In this document: in pieces, positions 49,791 to 63,942 of the stretch
Layout of the letters: each line of letters opens with the position of its first letter
Numbering within the stretch: the stretch's first letter is position 1
DNA from: Carcharhinus amblyrhynchos
Lineage: Eukaryota
Direction: 5' to 3'
Length of the DNA stretch: 64,000 nt
Assembly: GCA_965287045.1 (NCBI GenBank)
Contig: OZ336878.1
Span: 42,532,001-42,596,000 of the forward strand
Translations under genes and position numbers: made by a program
Notes under the pieces: model-generated
Told to the model about the DNA's origin: nothing
The model's input: only the letters and a program-made list of their open reading frames with translations
Databases searched by the model: none

Positions 49791-51225
49791 GAGACTTCCC
49801 ACTATTTGTACTATTGTGCCCAAAATATTTTCAGGAAAGAAAGGGAAAAGGGAAGAAATGATTGCAAACAGCCAAGATAGCAAAATTGTAGCCCTGTACT
49901 CCTCTAAAACCACTACAACACAAATAGGAAAGATTATAGGCACATACACCACCACAGCCTTGAGAACAGGCCTGTGATCACTTGTAGTCCTGCAGCTCTT
50001 TATTCTGGCCTTCAAACGTCTGACTTGCACTTTGCACTTGTATTTCTTCATGACGGTTCTGTCCTGTTAACTTTGAAGTCAGAGAAAATATTTTTCTTTG
50101 CTCACAGAATCGGAAGAAGCTAACCACCCTATCGCAAACCTCTTATGCAAAAGAGAATTCCACACAAATTACGATGCAAACATTTACACAACTTGCAAAT
50201 TCAACAGGGTGTGTCATACATTCATGAACCCATTGGACATGTTGGGTTTCGAGATATAAAACCCCTCTAATTAAAACTTCTAAGTTCTGAATTCTTAATT
50301 TCTAACACTAAGATTCTCAATTGTGCTTGGCCTAACAAAGTCCAAAGAACTAATATCAAGTAGAATCTGTTAAGCAAGATTTCACATATACTTAACACAA
50401 AATAATGAAGGCGACATGGAGGTCCTTCATCCCTCAAGTTCCTAGGAGTCCTTGACCATTGCCAGCTCAGGCAATGGCCTTCTCTCCTCTGTCTTTAAAG
50501 TGATGTCGAACTATGTCTAGAAGAGTTGTACTCCAGAAGCCATAGTAACACTGTGCCAATAAAGATACTAATTTTCCAACTTTCATCCCCACTTCTCATC
50601 ATTCCAGAATGCCTTATTTGGAAACAGTCCAAATTCACTTCTTCCATTGGCTTAAGCTGCGAGTCATCTTGTGTTACCTCACCTTTGTAACTCGTCACAT
50701 GGGTGAAAGATAATGACCAGAACTTTTCCATCCCACTGGCCATGGGAGTCCGAGTGGGTGAGGGGCAGAGCGTGGAAAGGTCCATCGACCTTGGGGGGGA
50801 TTTTATAGTTTTGGGGCGAGCGAGGTCATAAAATACTGTCCAGTGTTTATCCCTTGTCCCATGACCTCCAGAGTTTACAGTCCATTGGGAAGAAATAACA
50901 TATTTCCTTTAGATACAGAACAATTACAACAAGCAAATGTAACCTGAATCCCACAGACATTAAAACCATTAAGAACAAATGTTAATAGCATTTCTTACAA
51001 TAATACCAAAACGAAAAAAATCTCCCTCTTACATTGATGTTCTGCCCTTCAAATATAGTTAATCAATTAAATCAATCAATAGGTTCTGTTTAAAGATAAG
51101 GGACGTGATGTCCCCACTCAAAAACTAACAGGAAAACAGGAGGTTTTCCTGCCCGTTTTTAGGGTGATCTTAGTAAAATTAATTTCTGCAACACAGAGGC
51201 CATTGGGCGATTCATGTTGATGGTG

Positions 51226-51252
51226 GTGTGTGTGTGTGTGTGTGTGTGTGTG
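51226..51252 (+). repeat. (TG)n microsatellite within a GC-rich repeat fragment
   Basis: About 13 TG units. Confidence 0.9.
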
Positions 51253-52319
51253 GCGGGGGGTGGTTTGGCCCCAACTGACTCCCCAGTCTCTGATTGCCGG
51301 CCACACCCTCCCACCACCCCCATACCATGCAGAGTTCCTCCCTCTCCCCCCACTCGCTCCTGGTCTGGCTGCACCCCAAGTGACCCTGGCCCCATCAGGC
51401 CCCTCTGAGGCCCCACCCCATTGTGATGTATTTAAACATCAACCAAAGCATATTTTCCCAAAATCCCATGTTTAAATCTCTCCATTAGTGGTTTGAAATG
51501 GCACAAATGACATCCTTTTCCTGCATGGTGGTGGTGCACTATTCCTCTTCTTCCTTCTCAGCTTTTCTATGGTGTCTAACATAGTTGATCACACTATTTG
51601 CGTCCAAAATCTCTGTTCTATATTTCAACTCAATGGGACAATTCTCATTTGGTTCCACGCTTACCTTTCTAACCTAGACAGACAGAAATGGCTACTTTTC
51701 CCAGAGTTTATGGTGTTGTAAACTATCTATTCTTAATGCTCTCCTTTCCCTGATCAACATGCTACCCTTTAGCAACATCATCTAAAGACGTGGGGCTGGA
51801 TTTTCGTCATGAGGCAGGAAGCTCAAGTCCAGACTCAGCCACAGGAGAGTTCTCTGAGACATCTGCCCAGTTTTAGAAAAGGCTGTGAGGCCCTCAAGCC
51901 CTCAACTCTCATAATCCCACCACCCACTCACCCCATGCCCTCTCAGGTCTCTTCCACAACCATTCACCAATATCCATTATGCACTGACCTCAGGAGCCAT
52001 CTAGAGATGAAAACAAAACTTTGAACGATCTAATAGAGTTCCCTCACATACACATTTCAAATGGACTGTAAAGAGAGAGAGAATACTTTCCTCACAGCTT
52101 AATGAATCATGCAGACCAGAGAAGTTCACTTTTTAATCTGTGATGCTCCTTGATCTCATCTGAAGCAGGAGATTTTGCACAATAATTAGCCTCAATATCT
52201 GTCTGCTGGAGTAGAACAGCCACTGCTGTTGCTATCCAAAAACTAGAGTGTGTGTACCTGTGTACTTGCATTGGGAAGGATTAGGCTGGGTTGCTATACA
52301 CTCCATAGTTGCATAGAAA

Positions 52320-52660
52320 CATTAGGCCGTTCAGCACTTCAAGCCTGCTCCACCATTCATTTAGATCATCACTGATCCACAATTGCTTGATACAATTCAC
52401 AACAAAATTTACTGGTCTCAGTCTTAAATTTTTGAATTGATCCAAAATCCATGGCCTTTTTCAGCAAGTTCTAAATTTCCATTAGGCTTTGTGTGAAAGA
52501 AGTGGACACGTAAATAGCTTCATTCTAATTCTATTCTGACTTTTTGCTGTAGATTTCTCACAGAGGAAATAGTTTTCTGCATATACTCTATTGAACGTTT
52601 ATATTTATTTCAATGATTAGATCATTCTTCAACCATCAAGGGAAAACAAACCAAGTTTAT
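52320..52660 (-). mobile_element. Degenerate CR1 3' end
   Basis: taggccgttcagcacttcaagcctgctccaccattca...agaggaaatagttttct...ttagatcatt. Confidence 0.65.
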
Positions 52661-54019
52661 GTCGGGAGACATGATATTGGGTCAATGTATAAAACCTGCC
52701 CTCTGTGGTGAGGTAAAAGAGAGTAGTTTGCATCTATGGATCAGTACTCTAGCAACAACATTCATAATAGACGAGGTAACGAGAACGTAGAAATGTGGAA
52801 AAGAAAGTTTTAAAAATAGAATTTGAAATGAATCTTGAAGGACAGACAAGTACAATAGTCTTTTTTTCTATTGCTACATTACCACATGTGTAATATCTGA
52901 CTCAGGGAACAATTAAGAACAAAGCATGACGCTACTATTAGTTCAGATTCAAATCTCAGGAACACCATGAAGATAGAAATTTGAGTTCAGGTTCAGACTT
53001 CCTGGAAAAACAAAATCTGCTGTGCAAATGGTCTATAGGGAAAAAATCTGCTGCAGTCTGTCAGACGAATAGACCACATGAGACAACCATGAAAGTGGAT
53101 ACTGAGCGTGGGAAGCCCCAGACTACCAGAAAAATTAACAGATTAGATACAGAACTTCAGTAGTCCTCATGGCCACGCACCAAGATGGACAGATGAAATC
53201 TGTCAGCATTAAGTGTAAAACTGAAATAAAAACCTTCTTCCACACTAGACCTTTCCTAATCTACACTGACCATTTGTGAAACCCCAAGAGAAAGTAACAG
53301 AATACTTGCAAAAATGGACTGCCTACTACGAAAGGGGAACAACATTTCTTAACATCTATATTGGGACAAGATTTGATATTTTCTTATTTAAATCCTAATC
53401 AATTTTGGATTGAACATTCCAGGTCAATATTCATGCCATTGGCCCCACATGTGGCAGTTGATCTGGTGCAATAGGATAGAAAAGGGCACATCTGTAATGC
53501 CAGGTTTTTCCCCCTTATGTAACTGACCAGCCTTTCAGCATGCCATGGGTAAGATATAGTTATGCTTCAAGATGCACTGTGCACTTTCTAGCATTTTCCT
53601 TGCACAGAATCACCTCATTCACTAAAAGACTGTAATAAACAACCCACTATTAACTTCTTCCATACCCATCATCTATTATCAGATTTGAGAATACGTTACC
53701 AACACTGAACATCTTTACACATGAGGGTAGGGAGACATTGCCAAAGCCACGCTATTGATAAATGCTTCTGCTTTTGTGGTGGAAGACAAGAGTCACAGAC
53801 CGGAATTTTCCCATCCCGCTCTGTGTTGGCAGGCACTCATTTCAGAGCCATTTGTTTGATATTTGTTTGAACCAAGGGGAGGAATGCCACTGCTGGGCAT
53901 TAGATCACTTCCCATTTCAGACTCCCAAGTCAGCTATTGTACAGCAAGAAGTAAGGTTATCAATTAAGATGTAAAGAATGGCTTTCTCTAATCAGTGTGT
54001 AGCAGCCCTGCCAGAAGAT

Positions 54020-54750
54020 TGGAAGCTCAGAGCCGACTCGAGGACTTCAGAACAAATATCAGGCCTCTAATGAGGGAGTGCCACACCATCAGAGGTGCCA
54101 TCTAGCCAATGAAAATTTAAACCAAAAGTGTATCTACCATTTCACGTGCATGTAAAAGATCCCATAAAACGGTGGCATAGTGGTTAGCACTGCTTCCTCA
54201 CCGCACTAGGGACCAGGGTTCAATTCCAGCCTTGGGTGACTGTCTGCGTGCAGTTTGCATGTTCTCCCCATGTCTTCATGGGTTTCCTACAAGTGCTCTA
54301 TTTCCTCCCACAGTCCAAAAATGTGCAGTGTAGGTGGATAAATTGCCCCTTAGTGGTTCACAATGTGTAGGTTAGGGGAATTAATGGGGCAATATGGGGG
54401 GTTACAGGAATAGGCCTAGGTGGGATGTTCTGTCAGAGAGCCAGTGTAGACTTGATGAGCTGAATGGCCTCCTCCTGCACTGTAGGGATTCTATAACTAT
54501 TTTGAAAAAGAAAAGAGGAGTTACTGCTTGTGTCCTTGTCAATATTTATCTCTCAATCAACACCACAGAAACATATTTTTTAGTCATTATCACATTGTTG
54601 TTTGTGGGAGTTTGCTGTGCACAAGTTGCCTGCTATGTTTCCCACACTGCAACAACAAGGACACTCAAAATACTTCATTGGCTACAAAATGTCTTGAGAT
54701 GGTTCGTGGTCATGAAGCGCGCTGTACGAGTGCAACTCTTTCTTCTTCTG
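54020..54750 (+). mobile_element. Deu-domain SINE (SacSINE1-like) interrupted by an HE1-like SINE
   Basis: gagggagtgccacaccatcagaggtgcc...tgtaaaagatcccat [insert] actattttgaa...tttgtgggagtttgctgtgcacaa...tacttcattggct...gcaactctttcttctt. Confidence 0.75.
54170..54493 (+). mobile_element. HE1/V-SINE-like SINE, tail A, nested
   Basis: acggtggcatagtggttagcact...tgcactgtagggattcta; ataa occurs at both flanks. Confidence 0.87.
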
Positions 54751-55770
54751 TCTTAACATGCCTCAGCCCTCACTTCACCCGCGTGGCACTATACCAATTC
54801 TACATCTGTTTTTTAGTACAATTGCTAATTAATGCCAAATTAAAGACAATTTTGTGCAGTTGGCTTCATTGTGTTATGTTCTGGTTTGAAGTTACCAAAC
54901 ATCCATTTTGCACCAGCACATTACAGTCAATAGGCATAGCAGATTTTCATTCTCTCAATTTGGGGCAAATTTGAATCAAAGTACAAGAGGAAAATGCCAT
55001 CATTTACCCCACTGTATGAGTCAATTGCCCCATGTTAATATTTCATTAGAATCTTCCATTTCTCGCACACTTTGTGATGTGACAACAATAATACATTATG
55101 CACATCTGCATTTGTAAAATGGGGTTAAATAACAAGCATGTCCTCTAACTGGGATGGTAATGTCACTTTAATAAATTGTACACTGGCTGACAAATAACCC
55201 CTGGGGTCCTCTGTTCTGTGGCTGTTTCAGCTAATTTTGAAATTCAGAACCATTAAAAAGGAACAAAGTGTGGCCTAAGTTGACAATGTTTTCAGAATCT
55301 TTCTTGAGAGGGAAGGGAAGAGTTAAAAGGTGGAACTGGAATCCCAAAGAAATACCCTAAGGATCAATTTCTCAGTGTACCAGATACATTGTTGCAGCCA
55401 CATTTGCTGCATCTTGGAGCTGTCTTGCCAGATGGCAGCAGCAGAAAGGGCAGAGGATTGCTGATGCAGCACTTCAGGCCCCTCTTTTTCATCTTTAAAG
55501 CAGTAAGATGATACTACATAAACAACGTAAAAGCTATAATTTTGGGCTACAGTAATTCACTTAACATTTGGATGATTTATGGGGCTGTCACTGCAGTGTC
55601 TTGAAGCCTGTAACTCACAAGGTTATACAGTGGATGTTTCATTCACTCAGTTGTTATTTGTTACAGGAGTGATGTTTTCATACTTTTTTTTTGGGGGGGG
55701 GGAAAGTAGAACAGGCTGATAAATGTCAGAAAAGCTGCAGCAAGTCAACTCTGTTGGGGCTCTTTTACAG

Positions 55771-55829
55771 TACATTTTTAAGTATCTATTCTGGAATGCA
55801 ATACATTCTTAAGTATCTATTGTGGAATG
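55771..55829 (+). repeat. Imperfect 31-bp tandem duplication
   Basis: tacatt(t/c)ttaagtatctatt(c/g)tggaatg occurs twice. Confidence 0.85.
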
Positions 55830-56222
55830 ACAGCGAGAGATTATTTTCTTTCAATTAAACTTATCTGTGCCTTAGGACTTATACCAGGCCTTTGCAACAG
55901 TACAGATGTTACTTTTCCCTTTTTGTGATATACATGTGTAAAGTGTTATGACAGATCCCTTTTTGTAGGTTAGAAAAAAGAACCAATTGTTATCAAGAAT
56001 TTCACTATACTGAGGCTGAGTGTTTGTTAATCTAAAACATTCCAATTTTCAGTGCTCGTCAGCAACAGAACTGCTGACCCTCTTATTCCAACAACTCGCA
56101 CGAACTTCAGACAGACATACTCATTTCCACAATTGCCAACAATCTAGCTGAGAGGTGTAGGGAAGAAGGGAAAATAACTTTGGTTCCTGTGATATTTCTT
56201 CTTCTCATTGTCAGTAATTGTA

Positions 56223-57140
56223 GGGTGGGGAATTTTCTCAAAAAATTTCTCAGTGTCACAACAGTGAGAAAAATGGGGTGAACTGCGCTGGTCTCTCAGA
56301 CACGCTTGGGACTGTAATCGTCCCACAGTCACTTTTTTGGAGAGTGGCAAGTTGTGCAGTGGTACCGGGGTGGTGGGGGTATTGGGTGCGCGCACAATGC
56401 CGAAACATGTCAATGACCTGGCTGCAGAAAGATTTGGCACCATTTCTAAAAAGAGTATCCCAATCTCTCAATGCACTGGGAGACCACCCCCTCCCCCACA
56501 GACAGGGGAGGTCAAGACACACTCCCCCCTTTATCACTGGCATGTTCCGCACCCTCCTCGACACAAGGCGCCAGCATCAGGGCCCTCTTGATGAGTCCCC
56601 CATTGTGAACCTGATATGTCCCCCTTTATGATCTATCCCTGTATGAAAGCCCCTGCAAAGTGCCTCCCCATCATAGCCCACTCCATCACACAGCTCCCAC
56701 CCCTTTGTGTTGCCCCCGGCACAGTATCCAACTGGCAATGCCGGTGTGCCAAGTAGGCAATGCCTGATGGGCACTCTCCACCCATGCCTCGGGGACTTCA
56801 ATGGCCTCCCATCTGCTGGCGTGGCCATTGCAGCTGGTCTCCGGTGGTGCAGACCAGTAGTGGTTAAGGCTAGCATGACATCTCGCCGGAGATGTGGGAA
56901 GCATCCAGGAAGGGGGAAGCATGCATGCCAAATTTGCTAATGATACTGAAGTCCAGCCAATCTCATGCTAATAAGCTTCGTGGCCTTTCTGGGCACAAAG
57001 CAGTTTGCGCTATTGGAAAGGGAACAGGATCATAGCATACTGTTTGGCGCCAGGTGTGAATTGTATTTTAAGTGTCACGTGCTAATTTCCAGGCTTGCCG
57101 TACTGTTCACTAAGGTGTGCTAAGGTGGTAAAATTGTGCC
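56223..57140. mobile_element. About 0.9-kb GC-rich non-autonomous TIR element
   Basis: Left end ggg(t)ggggaattttc and right end gtaaaattgtgcc; internal hairpin catctc-gccg-gagatg and tggcac/gtgcca subrepeats. Confidence 0.55.
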
Positions 57141-57479
57141 ATTGAACTTCATGAAGGATAGGCAGTTTGCTACAATGCATTAAAGAAATTGTTCTTTCAT
57201 CAAGATTTTGATTATCCTTAAATGCTTTCATGCAAGTGAAGGTAGATATAAATAATTTGCCCTAAATATTACTGTTCTATGGCAATGTGAATGGGGTATT
57301 GAAAAAATAATAGTGGGATCATGCGCATTTTAAAGCAATCAATCCTCTGGTTTCCACAATATCGAACCCAGGTCCCTGGCACTGTGAGGCAGCAGTGCTA
57401 ACCACGATGCCACCATGCCATCCTTCTCCTTCAGTTAGTCATTTAATATTCTTTGATCATTCTTGACTAGATGTGATAA

Positions 57480-58060
57480 GACTGCTTAGTCCTGATTGTA
57501 GAATGCTGTTTCCAGTGTTCAGTATACATACAGTCTACAACTTCATCAGATTGGCACTTTATTTTTAGGTAGGCCTGCTACTGCTCCAGACATGCTCCCC
57601 TACACTGCTCACTGAACCAGGGTTGATACCCAATTTGCAGTCAATGATAGAGTGTGGGATATAATGCTGATGGCCAACAGTGCGTCATGGGTACTGCATT
57701 TTGAGTTGCTAGATCTGTTCTGAATCTATCCCAGTTACGTGATGAGAGTGTCACACAACACAATGGAGGAAGTCATCAGTACGAAGACAGGATTTGTCTC
57801 ACAAGTGGCCATTCCTACCAATACCATAACAGAGAGAGGCATCTGCGATAAACGGATTGATAAGGATGAGGCTAAGCAGGATGTTTCCCTTATGTTGGTT
57901 CTCTCATCACCTGCCACAAGCACATACCGGCAGCTATGTCATTCAGGACTCAGCCCGCTTAGTGAATATTGGTGGTACCAGGCTACTTTTGATGATGGAC
58001 ATTGAAGTGCCTCAAAGTTCAGCAGTGCACCAGTTAAAGAGGTACTGCCTTCTGCATGAG
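57480..58060 (-). mobile_element. CR1-like family B endonuclease-region fragment
   Basis: ORF 57735..57923 and neighbouring frames give decayed QVMREPT.GK.LL.LIL and HL.TNPV remnants of the APE domain. Confidence 0.6.
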
Positions 58061-58065
58061 ATGGT

Positions 58066-58558
58066 GGACAGAATTTTCCATCCTGAATGCTGGCTGAGGC
58101 AAGAAAACCAGAATGCAACTCTCCAGTCGCACAGCCGAGTTTTCTTTTCAGATGTTATGGTGATCAGTTCACGAAAGATCTGGAGGTGTGGTCTTTGCCA
58201 TCATGCTGCTGGGAGTGGGTGGGGGAGGGGGGAAGGGGCACGTAGAGCCAGGACGGGGAACCCCCTCCCCTCCGCAAAAGTTCCAGGCAAGTTCATCCAC
58301 TGTCATCCCCACCAACGGATGAGGGACACCCCTCATCACTCCCCCCAAACAGACGAGGGGAACACCCCGCACACATATAACCACCAGGGCTCCTCCCACC
58401 AACACACAATGCAGAACCTCATTACCTCACTGGCAAAGGGCACAGAAAATCAGAAAACAAGATCTCACCGGAAAGATTCTCGTTTCCTGATTCTCATGGG
58501 ATTTTGCTTCTATGTTGCTGTTTGTGTTTATGGTTTGGATGGGTGCAAAATCATCCCC
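58066..58558. mobile_element. GC-rich non-autonomous TIR element
   Basis: Left end ggacagaattttc and right end gcaaaatcatcccc. Confidence 0.5.
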
Positions 58559-59689
58559 TGTAATTCAGAAAAATGTCATCTGGAAGAGCTGTACTTTAGT
58601 GCACCTATGTCAGCACAGTGTAAAACTGATTTTCCATAGTGGGATACATCAAGTATAAAGGCAGCATTCAAATCTCACTTAAAAATAATTTCTTTAGAAC
58701 AATGCTGCCATATATACATATATATATATACAAAATGCATTATTTTTTGCAACAAAACAACAATACTGGAATGGTGAAACAGGTGAAGAAAAATAGTTGT
58801 TTATATGTGATTGAGAAAATGAAATCTGATTTGCTTCTGGGAGGAAATTAATGTATGTATATGAGAATGCTGTACAATGTTAAAATTTGATGAATTCAAT
58901 TCATTTAACCCAGCCTGCTTTGGTCTCTTTAACAGGACAGACCCTCCTGTCTCCTGTGCCTTACGACAAGCTAGTAACATGTTTAAGCACAACTCACGAT
59001 CTAAACAACCCCTCTTTAGAGGTTTGCTGCAGGGATAACAAATTTACCCAGCATGGTGCCACACATACCCATCTCTGAAGATTAGTGTAATAGAGCTTTT
59101 AGTTATGCATTTACCTTGTAATTATTGAGCCATTACAACAAGATGTAACTGTACTCTCATACCTCTCCGTGAGAATTTCTCAGCAGGAGGGCTTCATGTT
59201 AATCTATGATAGTGCTCCTCTAAGGAGCTCAGTCAGAGGTAAATATAAAAAAAAGTCTGAAATAGGTCGGTGCAGATGGTAATGAATAGCTTGTATGATT
59301 GTATATAATGCATCGATCATGGGTAGAAAGGGTCTGGAAAACATTAAGATTTGACTGCAAAAGCATGCAAATGGACATAAAATGATGCGAGCCACAGTTG
59401 TCAATTTTACTGCAGTGTAGAACAAGAGCATAAGTCTGGAAGATAGAATTTTAAGCACTTTATCTCAACTTAATAAAACAACAACAAAAAACTTTTCCAC
59501 TGAGGCAAGGCCTTCCCTATCTTTGAAATTTCTTACAAGGACTAAAATGTCCTTTTAGGGCTTACTGATGAAACTATCATTGATAGGGACTCCCTGAATA
59601 TGGAACCGTTCACATGGTCCATCTTTTCTTGTATACTTTTACAGGAGATTCAAGGTTCTGTCGGGTCCTTGATGCCTCACTTAAATTTC

Positions 59690-61215
59690 CAGAATAGTTA
59701 GCTCATATGTAAAGAACATGTGATATGAGATGAAACGACCAACCTTCTGGAGAATTCTAAGTTAATCAGGGCCGGGCAAAGTCAATTTCTAAAGGGCAAA
59801 CCTATGAAAAAAACAGAAGAGGTATAGGAAATGCAATGGTGGCTATTTGCTTTGATTTTCAGAGAAAATTAACTAAGGAGGTACCACACTGGGGGCTGAT
59901 ACAAAGGTAATGGGATACTGAATTAAGAGGCATCTGGCCAGAGAGTCATGGTTAGTAGGCAGAAAGCTAAAGACAGAAGTGAAAGGAAGTTTATCAACTG
60001 AGAAGCTGTTGTGTTCCGCAGGACCTATGCTGCGGCCACGTTTATTTACACAGACACACATATGCGTGCACATAGGCACAAACACCAAACACACACGCAC
60101 ACACACACACACAATCTAAACTTAGGAAGTGAAAAAATAATGCTGACATTTACTGTTTACATGAATTAGCAAAGGGTCAACAAATTATGAACAGGATGGT
60201 TAGAAACTGCAGGAAGACACAGGCTATCAAAGTTTAAAGTTTATTTATTAGTGTCACAAGTAGGTTTACATTAACATGGCAATGAAATTACTGTGAAAAT
60301 CCCTTAGTTGGCACATTCTGGCACCTGTTCAGGTACAGTAAGGGAGAATTTAGCATGGCCAATTCACCTAACCAACACGTCTTTCAGACTGTGGGAGAAA
60401 ATCAGAGCACCTGGAGGAAACCCACGCAGACATGGGGAGAACGTGCAGACTCTGCACAGACAGTCACCCATGCCAGGTATCAAACCTGGGTCTCTGGTGC
60501 TGTGAGGCAGCAGTGCTAACCACTGTGCCACCCTAACAGGGTGGGAAGACAGGTTCAATATATATATTCCGGAAGTAATCATACAAAAATGAAATAACTT
60601 TTGATCAAGTCGAAGAGAAAAGGGCACACAGGCCTATAAAATACAGCAATGTCAGAATTAGGGTCGTTAAAAACAAATCCTTGATTTGGCATCTGGAACA
60701 GTGTAAATAGTAAAGCAGAGAGATAATGTTGAGCTTGTACAGAACATTAGTTCGACCTTTGTTGGAGTATTTGGTTTTATGTTTTCCATTACTGAAAGGA
60801 CATAAAAGTAATGGAAAAGGTGAAGGCAAGATTCACTAAGATATTAACAGAGGTCAAGTTAATGGAGAAACTGGAGAAGTAAGGATATTATTTTTACACT
60901 GGAGAGGAGAAGTTTAAAGGGCGACCTGATAAATGTTTTCCAAGTTGTGAATGAGTTTCAAAAGGTATATACTGTAGTAAAATGTTGATTCCACTAGCCA
61001 GAGAGTAGGCAACAAGGGAAACACAAATCTTAGATAAATACAAAAGAATTAAAAGGGGAAGTTGGGGGAAAAAATACTTGTGCAGATAATGGAAGAATAT
61101 TGAATTTTCTGCCAAACTCCTTTGCTGAGACAAAGCATACAGATATTCTTCAGAAGGGAAGGAACGGAAACACAAAGGGTTGAAAAGGACAAATATTTAA
61201 TAAAGGTATGAGGAG
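59690..61215 (+). mobile_element. Highly decayed CR1 RT region containing a (CA)n tract and a SINE insertion
   Basis: Remnants of DF.K (about 59855), VPQG (about 60015), LYRTLVRP.LEY (about 60740) and RR..GDLI (about 60910). Confidence 0.65.
60228..60534 (-). mobile_element. HE1/V-SINE-like SINE, tail B
   Basis: aaagtttaaagtttatttattagtgtcacaag...gcagcagtgctaaccactgtgccacc. Confidence 0.87.
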
Positions 61216-61439
61216 TGAGCAGGAGAGTACACATGCATACATGAAATATTTTATCATAGTTTAACATCACAAATCACTTCTATATATAGATCTTGCAATC
61301 CTATGGCACGAAACATGCTTTTCTCTGCCCAATATTTAGGCAAATGATGGCAAGACCCAGAAGTTAAACAAAGTACCCTAGTTATTCAATGCACACTACA
61401 TTTACCATTTACCTTTCAGTAGGTTGACTCATAAAATTA

Positions 61440-61945
61440 ATTTTACAAGATGTGGCTGTTGCTGACTCTTAAAAGGGTGCTGGTGAGCTGCCTTCTTGAA
61501 CCACTGCAGTCCATGTAGTGTAGGTACACTCACAATGCTTGAGGGAGGGAGTTCCAGGATTTTGACCCAGCAACAGCAAATGAACAATGATAAATTTCCA
61601 AGTCAGGATGGTGAGTCAAGAACATAACCACCTGGAAGTTTCCCTCCAAATCACCCCATGGGTCTGCTACCTTGTCCTTCCAGATGTGGTGGTCGTGAGT
61701 TTAGAAGGTGCTACCTAAGGAGCCTTAGTGAATTCCTGCGGTGCATCTGGTAGATGGTACCCACTGCTGCTACTGTGTCAGTGGTGGAGGGAATGAATGT
61801 TTGTAGAAGGGGTGCCAATCACTGAGCTGCTTTGTCCTGAATAGTGTCAAGCTTCTCGAGTGTTGGTGGAGCTGTATCCATCCAGGCAAGTGGAGAGAAG
61901 TGCATTACACTCCTGACTTGTACCTTGTAGATTATGAATAGGCTT
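61440..61945 (-). mobile_element. CR1-like family B 3' end
   Basis: Reverse complement of the 14750-15280 sequence (gggagggagttccaggattttgacccagc). Confidence 0.82.
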
Positions 61946-62229
61946 GAGTATGTACAATCTCAAACTGGAATTTGGCCTATAAAATAAATTAATTGTATTT
62001 TGTTTAAAAAAAGCATCCCATATTATCGCCTGCCTGGGTTGCCATGCAAACATACATTGAATCTTCAAGACAGATGTTGACTTTTGTGGTGAAACAGATT
62101 CTCCACAACTTCAGTTTCTCATTTGGCCTAAGCTGGGTTTCTTCCACAATATCTTGTCCATCACAGAGTTTACCTCAATCTCAGTAACATCACCCACACT
62201 GTCAGTATACCCGCTTTATTCACTTTACC

Positions 62230-62465
62230 TCTTTACTCAGAGGGTAGTAAGGGCATATCTTTACTCAGAGGGTAGTAAGGGCATGGAATGCCCTGCCTGC
62301 AGCAGTTGTGGACTCGCCAACTTTAAGGGCATTCAAATGGTCAGTGGATAGGCATATGGATAACATTGGAATAGTTTAGGTCAGAGGGTCATTAGATTGG
62401 TTCCACTGGTCGGCGCAACATCGAGGGCCGAAGGGTCTGTACTGCACTGTAATGTTCTATGTTCA
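62230..62465 (+). mobile_element. CR1 3' end with a 27-bp duplication at its 5' junction
   Basis: tctttactcagagggtagtaagggcat occurs twice; tail tgttctatgttc. Confidence 0.82.
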
Positions 62466-63602
62466 ATGCTGTGTATTCCCCTACCTTAGCCCAATTACCA
62501 CTAAAAACCCAATGCCCTTATGACCTCAACATGCCAGTCTTCCTATCCTCTAACTTCCAAGAACATCAGTTCATCGAAAGCTCCACTGTGCATAATATAA
62601 TCCACACTAAGATCATCCATTAAAATCCCTCCATGATCACAGCCTCTCTTTCAATAAATATCTGTTTTACAATCCTGCTCTCTAAAAATTCTCAGTGCAC
62701 TGGCTACAACCTCTTGTGAACCACACAGTCTCTTCACTCCAACACTGGAGGGTATACATTCAGCTTTCGAGGTTCCTTATCCTTGAATGTTCTGCTTAAC
62801 TCCAACTCTTTCTCCTGATTTGAAACCCTCATTAAAGACTACACTTTCAATCAGGTTTTTAGTAATTTCTTCTTGGCGTCAACTTATCCTCCTGGGTCTG
62901 TCAATTACCTCAAGACATTATTCAATGAGGAAAGATTCTTGCAATTTGTTCTTGCCTTTAGTAATTGAAAAGCTGCCACTGGGCGGAAATGCTTCAACAC
63001 CATTCCTCTCCGCTGGCTTTAGTCCACTGACTGGCTCAGGTAAACTTATCCACAGAAATACCATTCCGCTTCTTTAGGAGGTCTGTTGCACACAAAGCTC
63101 GTTCATGAACAACTGCATTTTCCTTAATTAAATTAAATGATTAGCTGTTCCTTGAATATTACAAGGATGCTCAATAGTTGAAGCATAACTCTCTGCGTTA
63201 CCATCCATCAAAGATTCTATAAATAGATACAGCTCAATTGGTATTAGCATATTGAAACCATCTTTTGTCTGACACAAGCCAAGATGTATACACATATTAA
63301 TCAGCCTTTCATTTTCTCGAATCAAACTGTGCACCTCTGTTCCTCACAGTCACAACCCACAGAAACAACAATTAACCTCATCTGCTGTGTCTAGTAATAA
63401 GAAATTGAAATCAATAATCTAATATAAAAGCACAATTTTAACATAGTAGAATTATATTAGGTGGTTCACGTAGAAAAAAAACACACTGGTATACATTTGA
63501 TGAACAAATGGCCTATTTCTGTGTTACAGCACTCAGCAATTTTAAAGACCATCAAAATATCAACTGTCACAATGCTAAATGTATCATTTTTTAAGTACAA
63601 AT

Positions 63603-63942
63603 CTAGAATCCCTACAGTGCAGAAGGATGCCATTGAGCCCAACAAATCTGCATTGACTCTCCAAAAGAGCATCTTACCCAGACCCAGTCCCTCATCCTAT
63701 CCCCATAGCCCCACACATTTATCATAGATAATCCACCTAATTTACATATCCTTGGACGCAAAAGGTAAGTTAGAATGGCCAATCCATCTAACCTGCACAT
63801 CTTTGGACTGGAGAGGAAATCAGAGGACCTGGAGGAAGCCCATGCAGTCACGGGAAGAACTCTACACAGGCAGTCACCCAAGGCCGGAATTGGACCCTGC
63901 TTCCTGCCGCTGTGAGGCAGCAGTGCTAACCACCGTGCTACC
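63603..63942 (-). mobile_element. HE1/V-SINE-like SINE, tail A
   Basis: tagaatccctacagtgcagaagg...gcagcagtgctaaccaccgtgctacc. Confidence 0.87.

Noticed and set aside
49788-50051. HRPVL peptide as possible NFIA exon 7
   Set aside because: The surrounding residues do not match the expected SPSPSQ...FTQHHRPVITGPR context and no suitable splice sites were seen; exon 7 is probably beyond position 64000.
57857-58639. Longest ORF in the track (260 aa)
   Set aside because: It runs across the antisense strand of a LINE fragment and a GC-rich TIR element, with no recognisable domain; a chance ORF.
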